Source of the DNA: Alphaproteobacteria bacterium
GTDB taxonomy: Bacteria; Pseudomonadota; Alphaproteobacteria; UBA2966
DNA length: 64,000 bases
NCBI GenBank assembly: GCA_018650465.1
Contig: JABIFY010000092.1
Span: forward strand, 15,477 to 79,476
Direction: 5' to 3'
Part shown: positions 21,691-30,017 of the stretch, piece by piece
Numbering within the stretch: position 1 is the first letter of the stretch
How the letters are laid out: each line of letters opens with the position of its first letter
Program-made: the position numbers and the translations under genes
Notes under the pieces: model-generated
The model's database searches: none
Seen by the model: only the letters and a program-made list of their open reading frames with translations
Told to the model about the DNA's origin: nothing

Positions 21691-22542
21691 CTAGACTGCG
21701 TAGGCCGGAGCTTGGGCAAGCAATGACATCGCCTGATCTCCCGACAGGGGGCGGCTGAACAAAAACCCTTGGAATTCATTACATTTCAGCGGCCGCAAGG
21801 CATCCAGTTGGGCAGGTTCTTCAATGCCTTCGGCCACAACTTTCAACCCGAGGTCCTTGGCCATGTTGACCATACCCTTTACCAGCAAAGCATCTTTGTG
21901 ATTGTCGGGAATATTGCGGATAAAAGATTGATCTATCTTGACCGCGCCTATCGGTAGTTTGCGTACATAGTCAAGCGACGCATATCCGGCCCCAAAATCA
22001 TCCAGGGCAAACTTCACGCCGATATCACGAAGACGCAGCATGGTGTTGACGACCTGATCTATATTATCAAGCCGTGTAGATTCAGTTACTTCTAGCTCCA
22101 GGTCGCCAGGTTCAACGCATGTGGCTTCCAGCAAACGTTCCACCATATCAGCAAAGGCTGGTTCAAGCAGTTGGCGGGGGGAAACGTTTACAGCGAGACC
22201 TCCTGGTTTGAGTCCGGTCTCTTTCCATTGGCGATGCGTTGCCAGCGCGTTGAACAGTACCCATTCCCCCAGTTCAGTGATCATCCCGGTTTCTTCGGCG
22301 ACAGGGATAAATCGTTCGGGTTCAATCATCCCGAGATGGGGGTGGTGCCACCGAACCAGAGCTTCGCAGCCCTTGATCCGACCACTGACGGTATCGATAC
22401 GAGGTTGATAATGCACAGAAAGTTCGTCCCGGCGCAGGCCGTTGCGCAGAACTGTATACAAACCGGTCGCCAGAGATTGGCGGCTCACGCCTCGTCGCCG
22501 TTCAGCGGAAGCTGGTCTTTGAAAGGTGGTATCGTCACGCAT
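21691..22542 (-). CDS. Stand-alone EAL domain c-di-GMP phosphodiesterase
   Basis: EALVRWHHP, DDFGAGYASLDYV, KIDQSF and EGIEE motifs. No sensory domain. Confidence 0.8.
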   Translation of the reverse strand: MRDDTTFQRPASAERRRGVSRQSLATGLYTVLRNGLRRDELSVHYQPRIDTVSGRIKGCEALVRWHHPHLGMIEPERFIPVAEETGMITELGEWVLFNALATHRQWKETGLKPGGLAVNVSPRQLLEPAFADMVERLLEATCVEPGDLELEVTESTRLDNIDQVVNTMLRLRDIGVKFALDDFGAGYASLDYVRKLPIGAVKIDQSFIRNIPDNHKDALLVKGMVNMAKDLGLKVVAEGIEEPAQLDALRPLKCNEFQGFLFSRPLSGDQAMSLLAQAPAYAV

Positions 22543-22618
22543 ATTTTCTGGTTCCTGTGCAGCCCTTGCGGACTTTGTTCTGCAGCACTATGGGCCAAGA
22601 GAGTTAACGGACAGTTGC

Positions 22619-23593
22619 TTAATGTGACATTATTTTGTGGCCCAGACCGGATGGTAAGGGGGCGTGTCTGTCGCGAATCCAGGACAAGATGTCCCGCCAG
22701 ACGATTTTCGACTGCAAATCACGTAATAACATGTGAAATCCGTCCGGATATATGGCTTCAGTCCTGTTGTTTTTCAACATTTTCAGCAATTCCTGATGCG
22801 CGTGGCCAGGAATAAGCTGATCGTCACCGGCACCCAGAACAAGAGCATACTGGTCGATCTGGTTAGCGCCTTCCAGGGCTGCCCCCATCAGGTGCACCAG
22901 CCCGTATAACGTGTCGACACGAGTTGATTTGATTATCAGCGGATCACGGCCCAAGGCACGTAACATTGGAATATTGTCAGAAGGCTTGATCCGCAAGCCT
23001 TCGCCGGTCAGGAGATTGGCTGGCACCGTATGCGCGCCAAGCCACAGAATAAGCCGGTAAAACGGGTTCATGGTCCCGGGGCCCCAGACAGCAGGACCAA
23101 CAAGGATAACGCCATCAACCGCTTTCAGCACAGCCTTCCGGTTTGGATCCCCAAGCGCCGTCAGAATAACTGCGGCCCCCATGCTGCTGCCCAGCAGATA
23201 AATTGGTAATTCCGGATGCCGATGATTTACGGCCCGGACTGCGTCGCCAAGGTCTGCAGCCATGGTCGGGGTGCTGGACCAGTATCCGGTATGCGGCGCT
23301 TGGCCAAAACCACGCTGATCATAAGCATATATCGTCAGCCCCTTGGCAGCCCACCAATCAGCGGGTTGTTCAAAGGCGCGGGAATAATCGTTAAATCCAT
23401 GCAAGGCAATAACGACCGCTTTTGGGGTGCCGTTTTTTGCCGGCCACTGGCGGAGCGGCAGGCGAACCTGATCTGCTGTGACAAGCACTTGGGTATCAAG
23501 GCTTGGCAAGGCGATCCGGTCGCCGCCTGGATGATATTGCGGGGCGCATGCAGCCAGGTTTGTCAGGATGATCAAACTGGAGAAGAGCCGCAT
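22619..23593 (-). CDS. Alpha/beta hydrolase (lysophospholipase-like), lipoprotein
   Basis: Lipobox signal peptide MRLFSSLIILTNLAAC. Nucleophile elbow GSSMGAAV. HGFNDYS oxyanion-region motif. Confidence 0.7.
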   Translation of the reverse strand: MRLFSSLIILTNLAACAPQYHPGGDRIALPSLDTQVLVTADQVRLPLRQWPAKNGTPKAVVIALHGFNDYSRAFEQPADWWAAKGLTIYAYDQRGFGQAPHTGYWSSTPTMAADLGDAVRAVNHRHPELPIYLLGSSMGAAVILTALGDPNRKAVLKAVDGVILVGPAVWGPGTMNPFYRLILWLGAHTVPANLLTGEGLRIKPSDNIPMLRALGRDPLIIKSTRVDTLYGLVHLMGAALEGANQIDQYALVLGAGDDQLIPGHAHQELLKMLKNNRTEAIYPDGFHMLLRDLQSKIVWRDILSWIRDRHAPLPSGLGHKIMSH

Positions 23594-23830
23594 CTATATT
23601 CCCTGTTTCGTTTCTGCGCCATCGGCGATCAGAGTGAAAATCCTGGTTGCGAAACTGTGACCTGCCCGTCCAGATTTTTGCAGACAGTCAACATGCCATT
23701 TTGCGGCGCACCTTCAACATCCAGATTGGCAAAAACCAGATCACCAACGCGAAGCATATCGGAGGCCCGATCAAAGTGTCCACAGGCCAAAACCTGTTGA
23801 ACGGAATCCTTCGAACGATAGTGCCAAAGT

Positions 23831-24232
23831 GTGAATCCATTCGCATATGATGTGAAACTTGAAGCGGCTCCTGGCCGGGTCCGGGTCATGTTTGGCGGCG
23901 AAGCCATCGTTGATACCACCCAGGCATTTGTCTTGCTGGAAACACGCCATGCGCCTGTTTATTATTTTGCCACGTCGGATGTGAAGGCCTCGGCCTTGTC
24001 CCCGACGGACCACAGCTCACATTGTCCCTTCAAGGGGGACGCCAGTTATTGGTCCCTCAAGGTTGGGGGCCAGGTCTCGGAAAATGCGGTCTGGAACTAT
24101 CCAACCCCGCTGCCGGAAGTTCCACAACTCGCAAGTTTGATGGCATTTTACCCCGATCGGGTCGACAGCTGGTGGCTGGACGATGTAGAGATTGAGGTAC
24201 CTGTGATCGCGGCTGACTATAAAGCCGCTTGA
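23831..24232 (+). CDS. DUF427 domain protein
   Basis: Two DUF427 half-repeats (RVRVMFGGEAIVDTTQAFVLLETRHAPVYYF; AVWNYPTPLPE...FYPDRVDSWW). Confidence 0.65.
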   Translation: MNPFAYDVKLEAAPGRVRVMFGGEAIVDTTQAFVLLETRHAPVYYFATSDVKASALSPTDHSSHCPFKGDASYWSLKVGGQVSENAVWNYPTPLPEVPQLASLMAFYPDRVDSWWLDDVEIEVPVIAADYKAA

Positions 24233-24284
24233 TCAGCAGGCCCCATCAGCCAATTCCGGCCCCCCCCATCGTTAAAACTTTCCC

Positions 24285-25592
24285 ATGATAATTCTTTCCC
24301 GCATTCGATCCGAACTGGCTTTTGTGTGCATCGATCCGCGCCTGCTGGCCTTTGGTTTTCTGGTGACCATGTGTTCGACGTTCGGGCAAACCTTTTTTAT
24401 CTCGCTGTATGCCGATTACATCAAAGCGGATTTTTCACTTACGAATGGCGAGTTTGGCGCGGCTTATTCCATGGGCACCATCGCCAGTGCCGCAATTCTG
24501 ACCTGGTCGGGGCATTGGATTGATCGTCTTGATTTACGGCTGTGGACAAAGATTGTCATCGGCGTGTTTATCCTGGCCTGCCTGACCATGGCCATGGCGC
24601 AGAATTTTGTCACCCTGGTCATCGCCATATTCCTGTTACGCCAGGCGGGACAGGGGCTGATGACACACACGGCCATGACCAGCCAGGCGCGATATCATGA
24701 CAAGGCACGAGGGCGGGCTGTGGCCACCGCAGGCCTGGGCTTTCCGGCGGCGGAATCCTTTGTGCCGATGCTGGGCGTCTTGTTGGCCATTGCCATTGGC
24801 TGGCGTGAAACGTGGTTTCTGTATGCCGGCTTTATGATTGTCGGGCTATTACCTCTTGTCATGTGGTTGCTCAAAGGGCACGACCAGCGCCATGCGCAAT
24901 ATTTGCTGCGGGACGCAAAATCTGTGGCAGTCGACGAAGAAAAGGGCGGCCAAAAGTCTGATACCGGCGCAAGTTATATGCACAAGGTGCTTTCCCATTC
25001 CCGGCGGCATTGGCAGCGGCGCGAGGTGCTTCGCGATTATCGCTTTTATGTTCTTCTGCCGGTTATCCTGGCACCTTCCTTCATTTCAACAGGTTTGTTT
25101 TTTCATCAAAATCAGCTTGCCTCGGACAAGGGCTGGCTCTTGTTACAATGGGCTGGCACATTTCCGGCACTGGCAGTTGCATCTGTCGTGGGCGCAATTG
25201 TAGCGGGATTTGTGACGGACCGGATCGGCGCTGTCCGGTTGTTGCCTTATGTGTTACCGCCGCTTGGCCTGGCTTGTTTTGTTTTGTCTCAGTCCGATTC
25301 CATCTGGATCGCCTGGAGTTTCATGGCCTTATTGGGCGTGACAACGGGCACATTACAAACATTTTTCGGGGCCTTCTGGGCCGAGGCTTACGGCACCCGT
25401 CACCTGGGCGGGATACGCGCCCTGGCAACCGCTTTGATGGTGCTGTCCAGTGCCTTGTCGCCAGTGATCATGGGCCTGCTGATTGATGCCCATGTTTCCA
25501 TGAATGTGATTGCCCTGGCTTGTGCGGCCTATTGCATCTTTGGCACGGCGGTTGCTGTTCTCTCCAGCCGGATATACCAAAAAACCTTGTAA
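24285..25592 (+). CDS. MFS transporter
   Basis: About 12 predicted TM helices in a 6+6 arrangement with a central cytoplasmic loop. Confidence 0.7.
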   Translation: MIILSRIRSELAFVCIDPRLLAFGFLVTMCSTFGQTFFISLYADYIKADFSLTNGEFGAAYSMGTIASAAILTWSGHWIDRLDLRLWTKIVIGVFILACLTMAMAQNFVTLVIAIFLLRQAGQGLMTHTAMTSQARYHDKARGRAVATAGLGFPAAESFVPMLGVLLAIAIGWRETWFLYAGFMIVGLLPLVMWLLKGHDQRHAQYLLRDAKSVAVDEEKGGQKSDTGASYMHKVLSHSRRHWQRREVLRDYRFYVLLPVILAPSFISTGLFFHQNQLASDKGWLLLQWAGTFPALAVASVVGAIVAGFVTDRIGAVRLLPYVLPPLGLACFVLSQSDSIWIAWSFMALLGVTTGTLQTFFGAFWAEAYGTRHLGGIRALATALMVLSSALSPVIMGLLIDAHVSMNVIALACAAYCIFGTAVAVLSSRIYQKTL

Positions 25593-25660
25593 ACCTTGCT
25601 TGTCGGCACAAATGCCTTACATCAGCTTGTCGTTGACAATTATCAAGCTGGATAGGGTAA

Positions 25661-26017
25661 ATGAAAGACGATACGGGCGGATATCCGCATGAAATTACCG
25701 TTGCGACTTTGGCCGCTGCACTGGAAGATATTGGTGGCCTCGATGCCACAAAAGTTACGCTGCTGGATGTACGTGAACAGGTCGAAGTACAAACCTGTGC
25801 CATGGCAGACTTCGTGCACATCCCCTTGATGGACGTACCGCGTGAGTTCGCGTCCTTGCCACGGGATCATGCACTTGTTGTTGTCTGCCACCACGGCATG
25901 CGCAGTGCCCAGGCCGTAGGCTTTTTACGCCAACAAGGTTTTGAAAATGCGATCAATCTGCAAGGCGGCATCGACGCCTGGGCCAGGCAGATCGACACCT
26001 CCATGCCGACCTACTAA
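25661..26017 (+). CDS. Rhodanese-like sulfurtransferase domain protein
   Basis: Active-site Cys loop VVVCHHGMRSAQA followed by GGIDAW. Confidence 0.8.
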   Translation: MKDDTGGYPHEITVATLAAALEDIGGLDATKVTLLDVREQVEVQTCAMADFVHIPLMDVPREFASLPRDHALVVVCHHGMRSAQAVGFLRQQGFENAINLQGGIDAWARQIDTSMPTY

Positions 26018-26032
26018 GCCATCCCAAACAGA

Positions 26033-26548
26033 TTAAACGTTGCCGCCAGCCTCGCTGTAGGCCATGGATAGTTCTGCGTCGTCTTCCGGCTCCAGAATTT
26101 GCTCCAGGGCGGGCAGAAATCCCATTTCTTCCTTTTGAATGTGGAAGACTTCACGCTCAACCAGTTCCAGTCCCTGGGCATGAAATGCTGACCAACTGGC
26201 ATCATCAAATCCATTTTCCAAGGCGTCTTTGGCCTTCGCAAGTAAGGCTTCAGCCAGTGGTCTGATGATCTCGTGTTCTTCCTTCAGCATGGTTGGAATG
26301 CCAGGGTCAACATATTCTGAGAATGTGGGAAATAACCTGCTTTCTTCAAAGGCAAAATGCCCTTTGACATCTGCTTCCAGAACGGCAATCAGTCCCGTTA
26401 ACAGGCTGCGCCAGGTTGGGTCATCTGCTGTGGGGACAGCGCTGGCACCCTGGCGGTTCAGATCAGTTTCCAGTTTTTCCAACATGGCGAGCGTCGCCAC
26501 GTGATCGCGGTGCAGGGCCTTGGTAATACTCAACTCGAATTCAAACAT
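26033..26548 (-). CDS. Hemerythrin HHE cation-binding domain protein
   Basis: H..H...E...HFAFEE..LFP...EH His/Glu spacing. Confidence 0.65.
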   Translation of the reverse strand: MFEFELSITKALHRDHVATLAMLEKLETDLNRQGASAVPTADDPTWRSLLTGLIAVLEADVKGHFAFEESRLFPTFSEYVDPGIPTMLKEEHEIIRPLAEALLAKAKDALENGFDDASWSAFHAQGLELVEREVFHIQKEEMGFLPALEQILEPEDDAELSMAYSEAGGNV

Positions 26549-26571
26549 TCTTCAATCCACTTTTGGGGACG

Positions 26572-27870
26572 TTAGTTTTCTGCTGCGGTCCGGTGATAGG
26601 TAAAAAAGCTTCGCAGCACTGAGAAACAGAACCAGGCAAAGCCAGCCGCACCGATAAATCCAACCAACCCGGCAACCCTCAATCCATCCGGTTGATCCAG
26701 CGCAATACTGGTTGCCCCCACAACAATGGCGAGGCCATGACAGATGGCATGCAGTTTCAGGGGGGAGCCTTGGGCCAATTCGGATAACCTTGGTGGTTTG
26801 TGATTTCGTTTCGACATATTCATTGCTGCCAAAAATGGCACAATCCGCTGCAACATGCCCTTGATGTAGGTCAAGAGCCAGCCAAACAGCAACACAAAGC
26901 CAAACAGGGCAGGTCCCTGATCACCGAGCAGGTCGAGCGCCAGGGCGAAGCCACAAATAATACTGAGCAACATCATGCCCCAGGCACCTTTAATCATGAA
27001 AAAGGAAAGTCCCAGCTTTTTACGCATGCCATTTTCCAGGCACCAGACCATGCCTTTAATATGAAGAGCTGCACCCGCCAGCCCGGCAACAGCGGCTAGG
27101 GCGATCAACTCAGGCAGGGCAAAATTCAATCCGGCAATCGTGCCCGCCAAGCCTGTCACCAACAGGGTGTAAGAAACCCAACCTTGCTTGCCTGGGGCAT
27201 TTTGTGACAACGCAAACATTGGCACCAGAATGTTGCCAAACCCCACTGCCAGAAACCCCATAAACCCGCAGGCCGCCAGCACCATGTGCTGGGCCGCGAC
27301 GCTCTCGTGATCCATCAGCCAGGCAAATTCAAAATCAAGTACCAGGGCAACCCCCAGTCCCAACAATCCAAATAATGCGGCCATGGAAATCCATGCATGG
27401 GCAACGGCCAGTTTCAAAGTTGTCGAACGCCACAGCAGGCTGGTGATGACATGCAGGAAGACCATCAAGGTCAAGGTTATTAATAACGCGCCACAAGACA
27501 TCAAAAACTGATTGCTTAGAAAAAAACCTGACAACAAACACGCAAGTCCCGGCAGAAACAGCCAGATCAACAGTTTGGCGGGCAACAGGCTTTTGTGGCC
27601 AAGGCCGGTGGCGACAGGCAGCAGCTGGATTGCAGCACCTATGGCCGTTGCCACCATAACGCCCAATGTCAACAAATGCAGGACAGCCAACACAGGTCCC
27701 GGCCCGCCGGCGTAGGATGGAATGTCATCGGCAGTATAGATCACGCCCAGCCAGACACCTGCGTGACAAACCACCGCGACCAGAAAAAACACGAAGGGCA
27801 GCATGGGCGGCAACAGCCTTTGTTGCGCCCCCATCAAAATCATGCCCGGTAGCTGTGGCGCCTTTTTCAT
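26572..27870 (-). CDS. Polytopic membrane protein of unknown function (His-rich TM helices; possibly NnrS-like)
   Basis: About 12 hydrophobic segments with conserved-looking intramembrane His (HLLTLGV, AHAWISMAAL, HMVLAACGF, HIKGMVW). The family was not identified. Confidence 0.45.
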   Translation of the reverse strand: MKKAPQLPGMILMGAQQRLLPPMLPFVFFLVAVVCHAGVWLGVIYTADDIPSYAGGPGPVLAVLHLLTLGVMVATAIGAAIQLLPVATGLGHKSLLPAKLLIWLFLPGLACLLSGFFLSNQFLMSCGALLITLTLMVFLHVITSLLWRSTTLKLAVAHAWISMAALFGLLGLGVALVLDFEFAWLMDHESVAAQHMVLAACGFMGFLAVGFGNILVPMFALSQNAPGKQGWVSYTLLVTGLAGTIAGLNFALPELIALAAVAGLAGAALHIKGMVWCLENGMRKKLGLSFFMIKGAWGMMLLSIICGFALALDLLGDQGPALFGFVLLFGWLLTYIKGMLQRIVPFLAAMNMSKRNHKPPRLSELAQGSPLKLHAICHGLAIVVGATSIALDQPDGLRVAGLVGFIGAAGFAWFCFSVLRSFFTYHRTAAEN

Positions 27871-28124
27871 GCTGATAATCTTTTCAGGTGCAGTTCAATA
27901 TTCCCGGGGGCTTCATTCAGATAATCCCAATCCCAGTCGATTTCATTAAGCTCCGGAAACAAATAAACCGGGTCTCTCTCCAGACTGACGATTACCTCCG
28001 TTGCATCCGGATTTGCTTCGATCCAGCCCATGATGGCGACAAAGGGACCGGGCGGCTCCATACCGATCGTATTGATACGAGGCCGTCCATCCTCACCGGT
28101 GCTGATTTGAGCTTCGATTGTCAT
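27867..28124 (-). CDS. Small conserved hypothetical protein (about 85 aa; possibly DUF2249-like)
   Basis: Start taken at the internal Met (MTIEAQ...). Its stop overlaps the start of the membrane-protein gene by 4 nt (ATGA). The upstream approximately 90 codons of the ORF-track version look non-coding. Confidence 0.4.
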   Translation of the reverse strand: MTIEAQISTGEDGRPRINTIGMEPPGPFVAIMGWIEANPDATEVIVSLERDPVYLFPELNEIDWDWDYLNEAPGNIELHLKRLSA

Positions 28125-28496
28125 TTTTTTGCCATTATTCTGATTTAGTACTGCAGCATTACGAGAGCATTTCTGACTTCGACGGAAACGCTGCGATGCG
28201 TATTGCTCATGCAGGACGCCTGATAGATATGTGGTGGCGATTCCGTCAAGACCGAAATCGCCATAGTTGGTGAAGCTGGAGAGATTGCCTTGCCTTTGGT
28301 CATGAAAGCACCATTTTCCAATGTACGATAGGCTGGATTTGACCGCCGGAATGAATCTTATTATACCTTCGCCCCGGATTGATCCGGTTTTGCACAAAAT
28401 TTAAGATTTGTCGTGTAGATAGAGTGTCCAAATTCACAGGAATGTCGGGAGCCGCTCTTGCTTCCCATACAGATATTGATGTTACGGAGTTTTGAA

Positions 28497-29084
28497 ATGC
28501 GTGCTTTTTTTACGGCCTTATTGCTATTGATCATTGCTGTCCCGCAAGCAATTGCCGGTGATTTTGAAGATGGCATGGAAGCCTACCGCGCCAAGGATTA
28601 TGGGAAAGCCAGGATTTTGTGGCTGCCTTTGGCACAAGGTGGTCATACTTTTGCGATGAATAATGTCGGCATGATGTACAAAAAGGGCAACGGCGTTCCC
28701 CAGGACCACAAAAAGGCCGTAAAATATTTCAAACAATCATCTGATCAAGGGTTTAGCTTGGCCAGCTATAATCTGGCAGCCATGTATCAATCTGGAAAAG
28801 GCGTAAAGAAAAATCGGAAAGCTGCCTTTAAATGGATGCTCAAAGCTGCCGAGAAACGATTTGGCAAAGCGCAAATCAAGCTTGGACGATGGTACAAAAT
28901 TGGCTTTGGTGTGAAAAAGAGCAAGGTCAAGGCGCTGGAATGGTTTTTGATCGCCGAAAATAACTCCAAGGGAAGACTTGCCGAGTTGGCCGCAAAGGAA
29001 ATAAAAAAAGTGAAAACAATCCTTAGCGAAGCAGAAATTGCCAAGGCGACAGATGCTGCTGAGTCGTTTGTTCCAGCTTCCTGA
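28497..29084 (+). CDS. Secreted Sel1-repeat (TPR-like) protein
   Basis: Signal peptide MRAFFTALLLLIIAVPQAIAG. At least four Sel1 repeats (AMNNVGMMYKKGNGVPQDHKKAVKYFKQSSDQG; AMYQSGKGVKKNRKAAFKWMLKAAE). Confidence 0.8.
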   Translation: MRAFFTALLLLIIAVPQAIAGDFEDGMEAYRAKDYGKARILWLPLAQGGHTFAMNNVGMMYKKGNGVPQDHKKAVKYFKQSSDQGFSLASYNLAAMYQSGKGVKKNRKAAFKWMLKAAEKRFGKAQIKLGRWYKIGFGVKKSKVKALEWFLIAENNSKGRLAELAAKEIKKVKTILSEAEIAKATDAAESFVPAS

Positions 29085-29096
29085 TCTTTGTTGCGC

Positions 29097-29915
29097 CTAA
29101 GCCGTCAAGCCGCCATCCACGACTATTTCGGTGCCGGTTACATATCTGGCTTCGTCTGAGGCCAAAAAAACGGCTGCCCAACCAACATCCCAGGCTGTTC
29201 CCATCTTGCCCGTCGGGCACATGGCATCTCTCATAGCGATCGTCTCGTCAATGTCGCCGGCACCATATTGGTCAGCAATCCGGTCCATGACCAGGGGTGT
29301 ATTCATCAGACCCGGGACAATCGTGTTCGCACGGATACCTGCTGCGGCATATTGCCGGGCGACGGATTTGGAGAACTGGATCAAACCGGCTTTGGCAGTG
29401 GCGTAAGATACCATGTCGCGACCCAGATAGCTGGTGCCCGCAACTGATGAAACATTCAGAATGCTACCTTTACCCTGATTAACCATATGCGGCAGCGCAT
29501 ATTTACAGCCGAGAAAAGCTGTTTTCAGGTTCAAGTCCAGATTGCCTTGCCACTCAGAGACCGACATTTCGACTGGGCCACCGGGGATAGAGCCGCCAAC
29601 ATTGTTCATTAAAATGTCGATCTGGCCAAATTGATCGATGCAGGCCGCAACTACTTTTTCGATATCGCTTTCGTTGGTCGCATCAGCGGTCATTGTCTCG
29701 CAGGATCCGCCCTCCCGTTCGATGATTTTCCTGGTGTCAGCGACAGCATCGGCGCGCAAATCGACGGCAAAAACGCGGGCGCCTTCTCTGGCAAAAAGTG
29801 TGGCAGCGGTCTTGCCATTTCCCCAACCACCCAAATCACCGTCTGTGGCAGCCGTTGTGCCAACTGATCCAGCTCCAATGATCAATGCTGTTTTTCCGGC
29901 AAGACGTTCAGCCAT
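29097..29915 (-). CDS. SDR family oxidoreductase
   Basis: TALIIGAGSVG Rossmann motif with an unusual insertion. NNVGG and YxxxK are present. Confidence 0.75.
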   Translation of the reverse strand: MAERLAGKTALIIGAGSVGTTAATDGDLGGWGNGKTAATLFAREGARVFAVDLRADAVADTRKIIEREGGSCETMTADATNESDIEKVVAACIDQFGQIDILMNNVGGSIPGGPVEMSVSEWQGNLDLNLKTAFLGCKYALPHMVNQGKGSILNVSSVAGTSYLGRDMVSYATAKAGLIQFSKSVARQYAAAGIRANTIVPGLMNTPLVMDRIADQYGAGDIDETIAMRDAMCPTGKMGTAWDVGWAAVFLASDEARYVTGTEIVVDGGLTA

Positions 29916-30017
29916 TTACTTGTTTCCCCATTTTTGGTCACATTCTGTTAACTACGTTCTGATATGCACAAGTAGTGATATTTTAGAATAGCCACGAATC
30001 CAATATAGAATTCGACA

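Noticed and set aside
23629-23919. 96-aa minus-strand ORF between the hydrolase and DUF427 genes
   Set aside because: Its 5' third overlaps the DUF427 start on the opposite strand. No conserved motifs are present. A shorter real peptide (MLRVGDLVFANLDVEGAPQNGMLTVCKNLDGQVTVSQ) cannot be excluded but is unsupported.
28125-28397. N-terminal 90 codons of the 176-aa ORF-track version of the small protein at 27867
   Set aside because: The composition (MCKTGSIRGEGIIRF… QNNGKK) does not look protein-like, and an equally long antisense ORF exists. The shorter 85-aa version, which is translationally coupled to the membrane protein, is more plausible.
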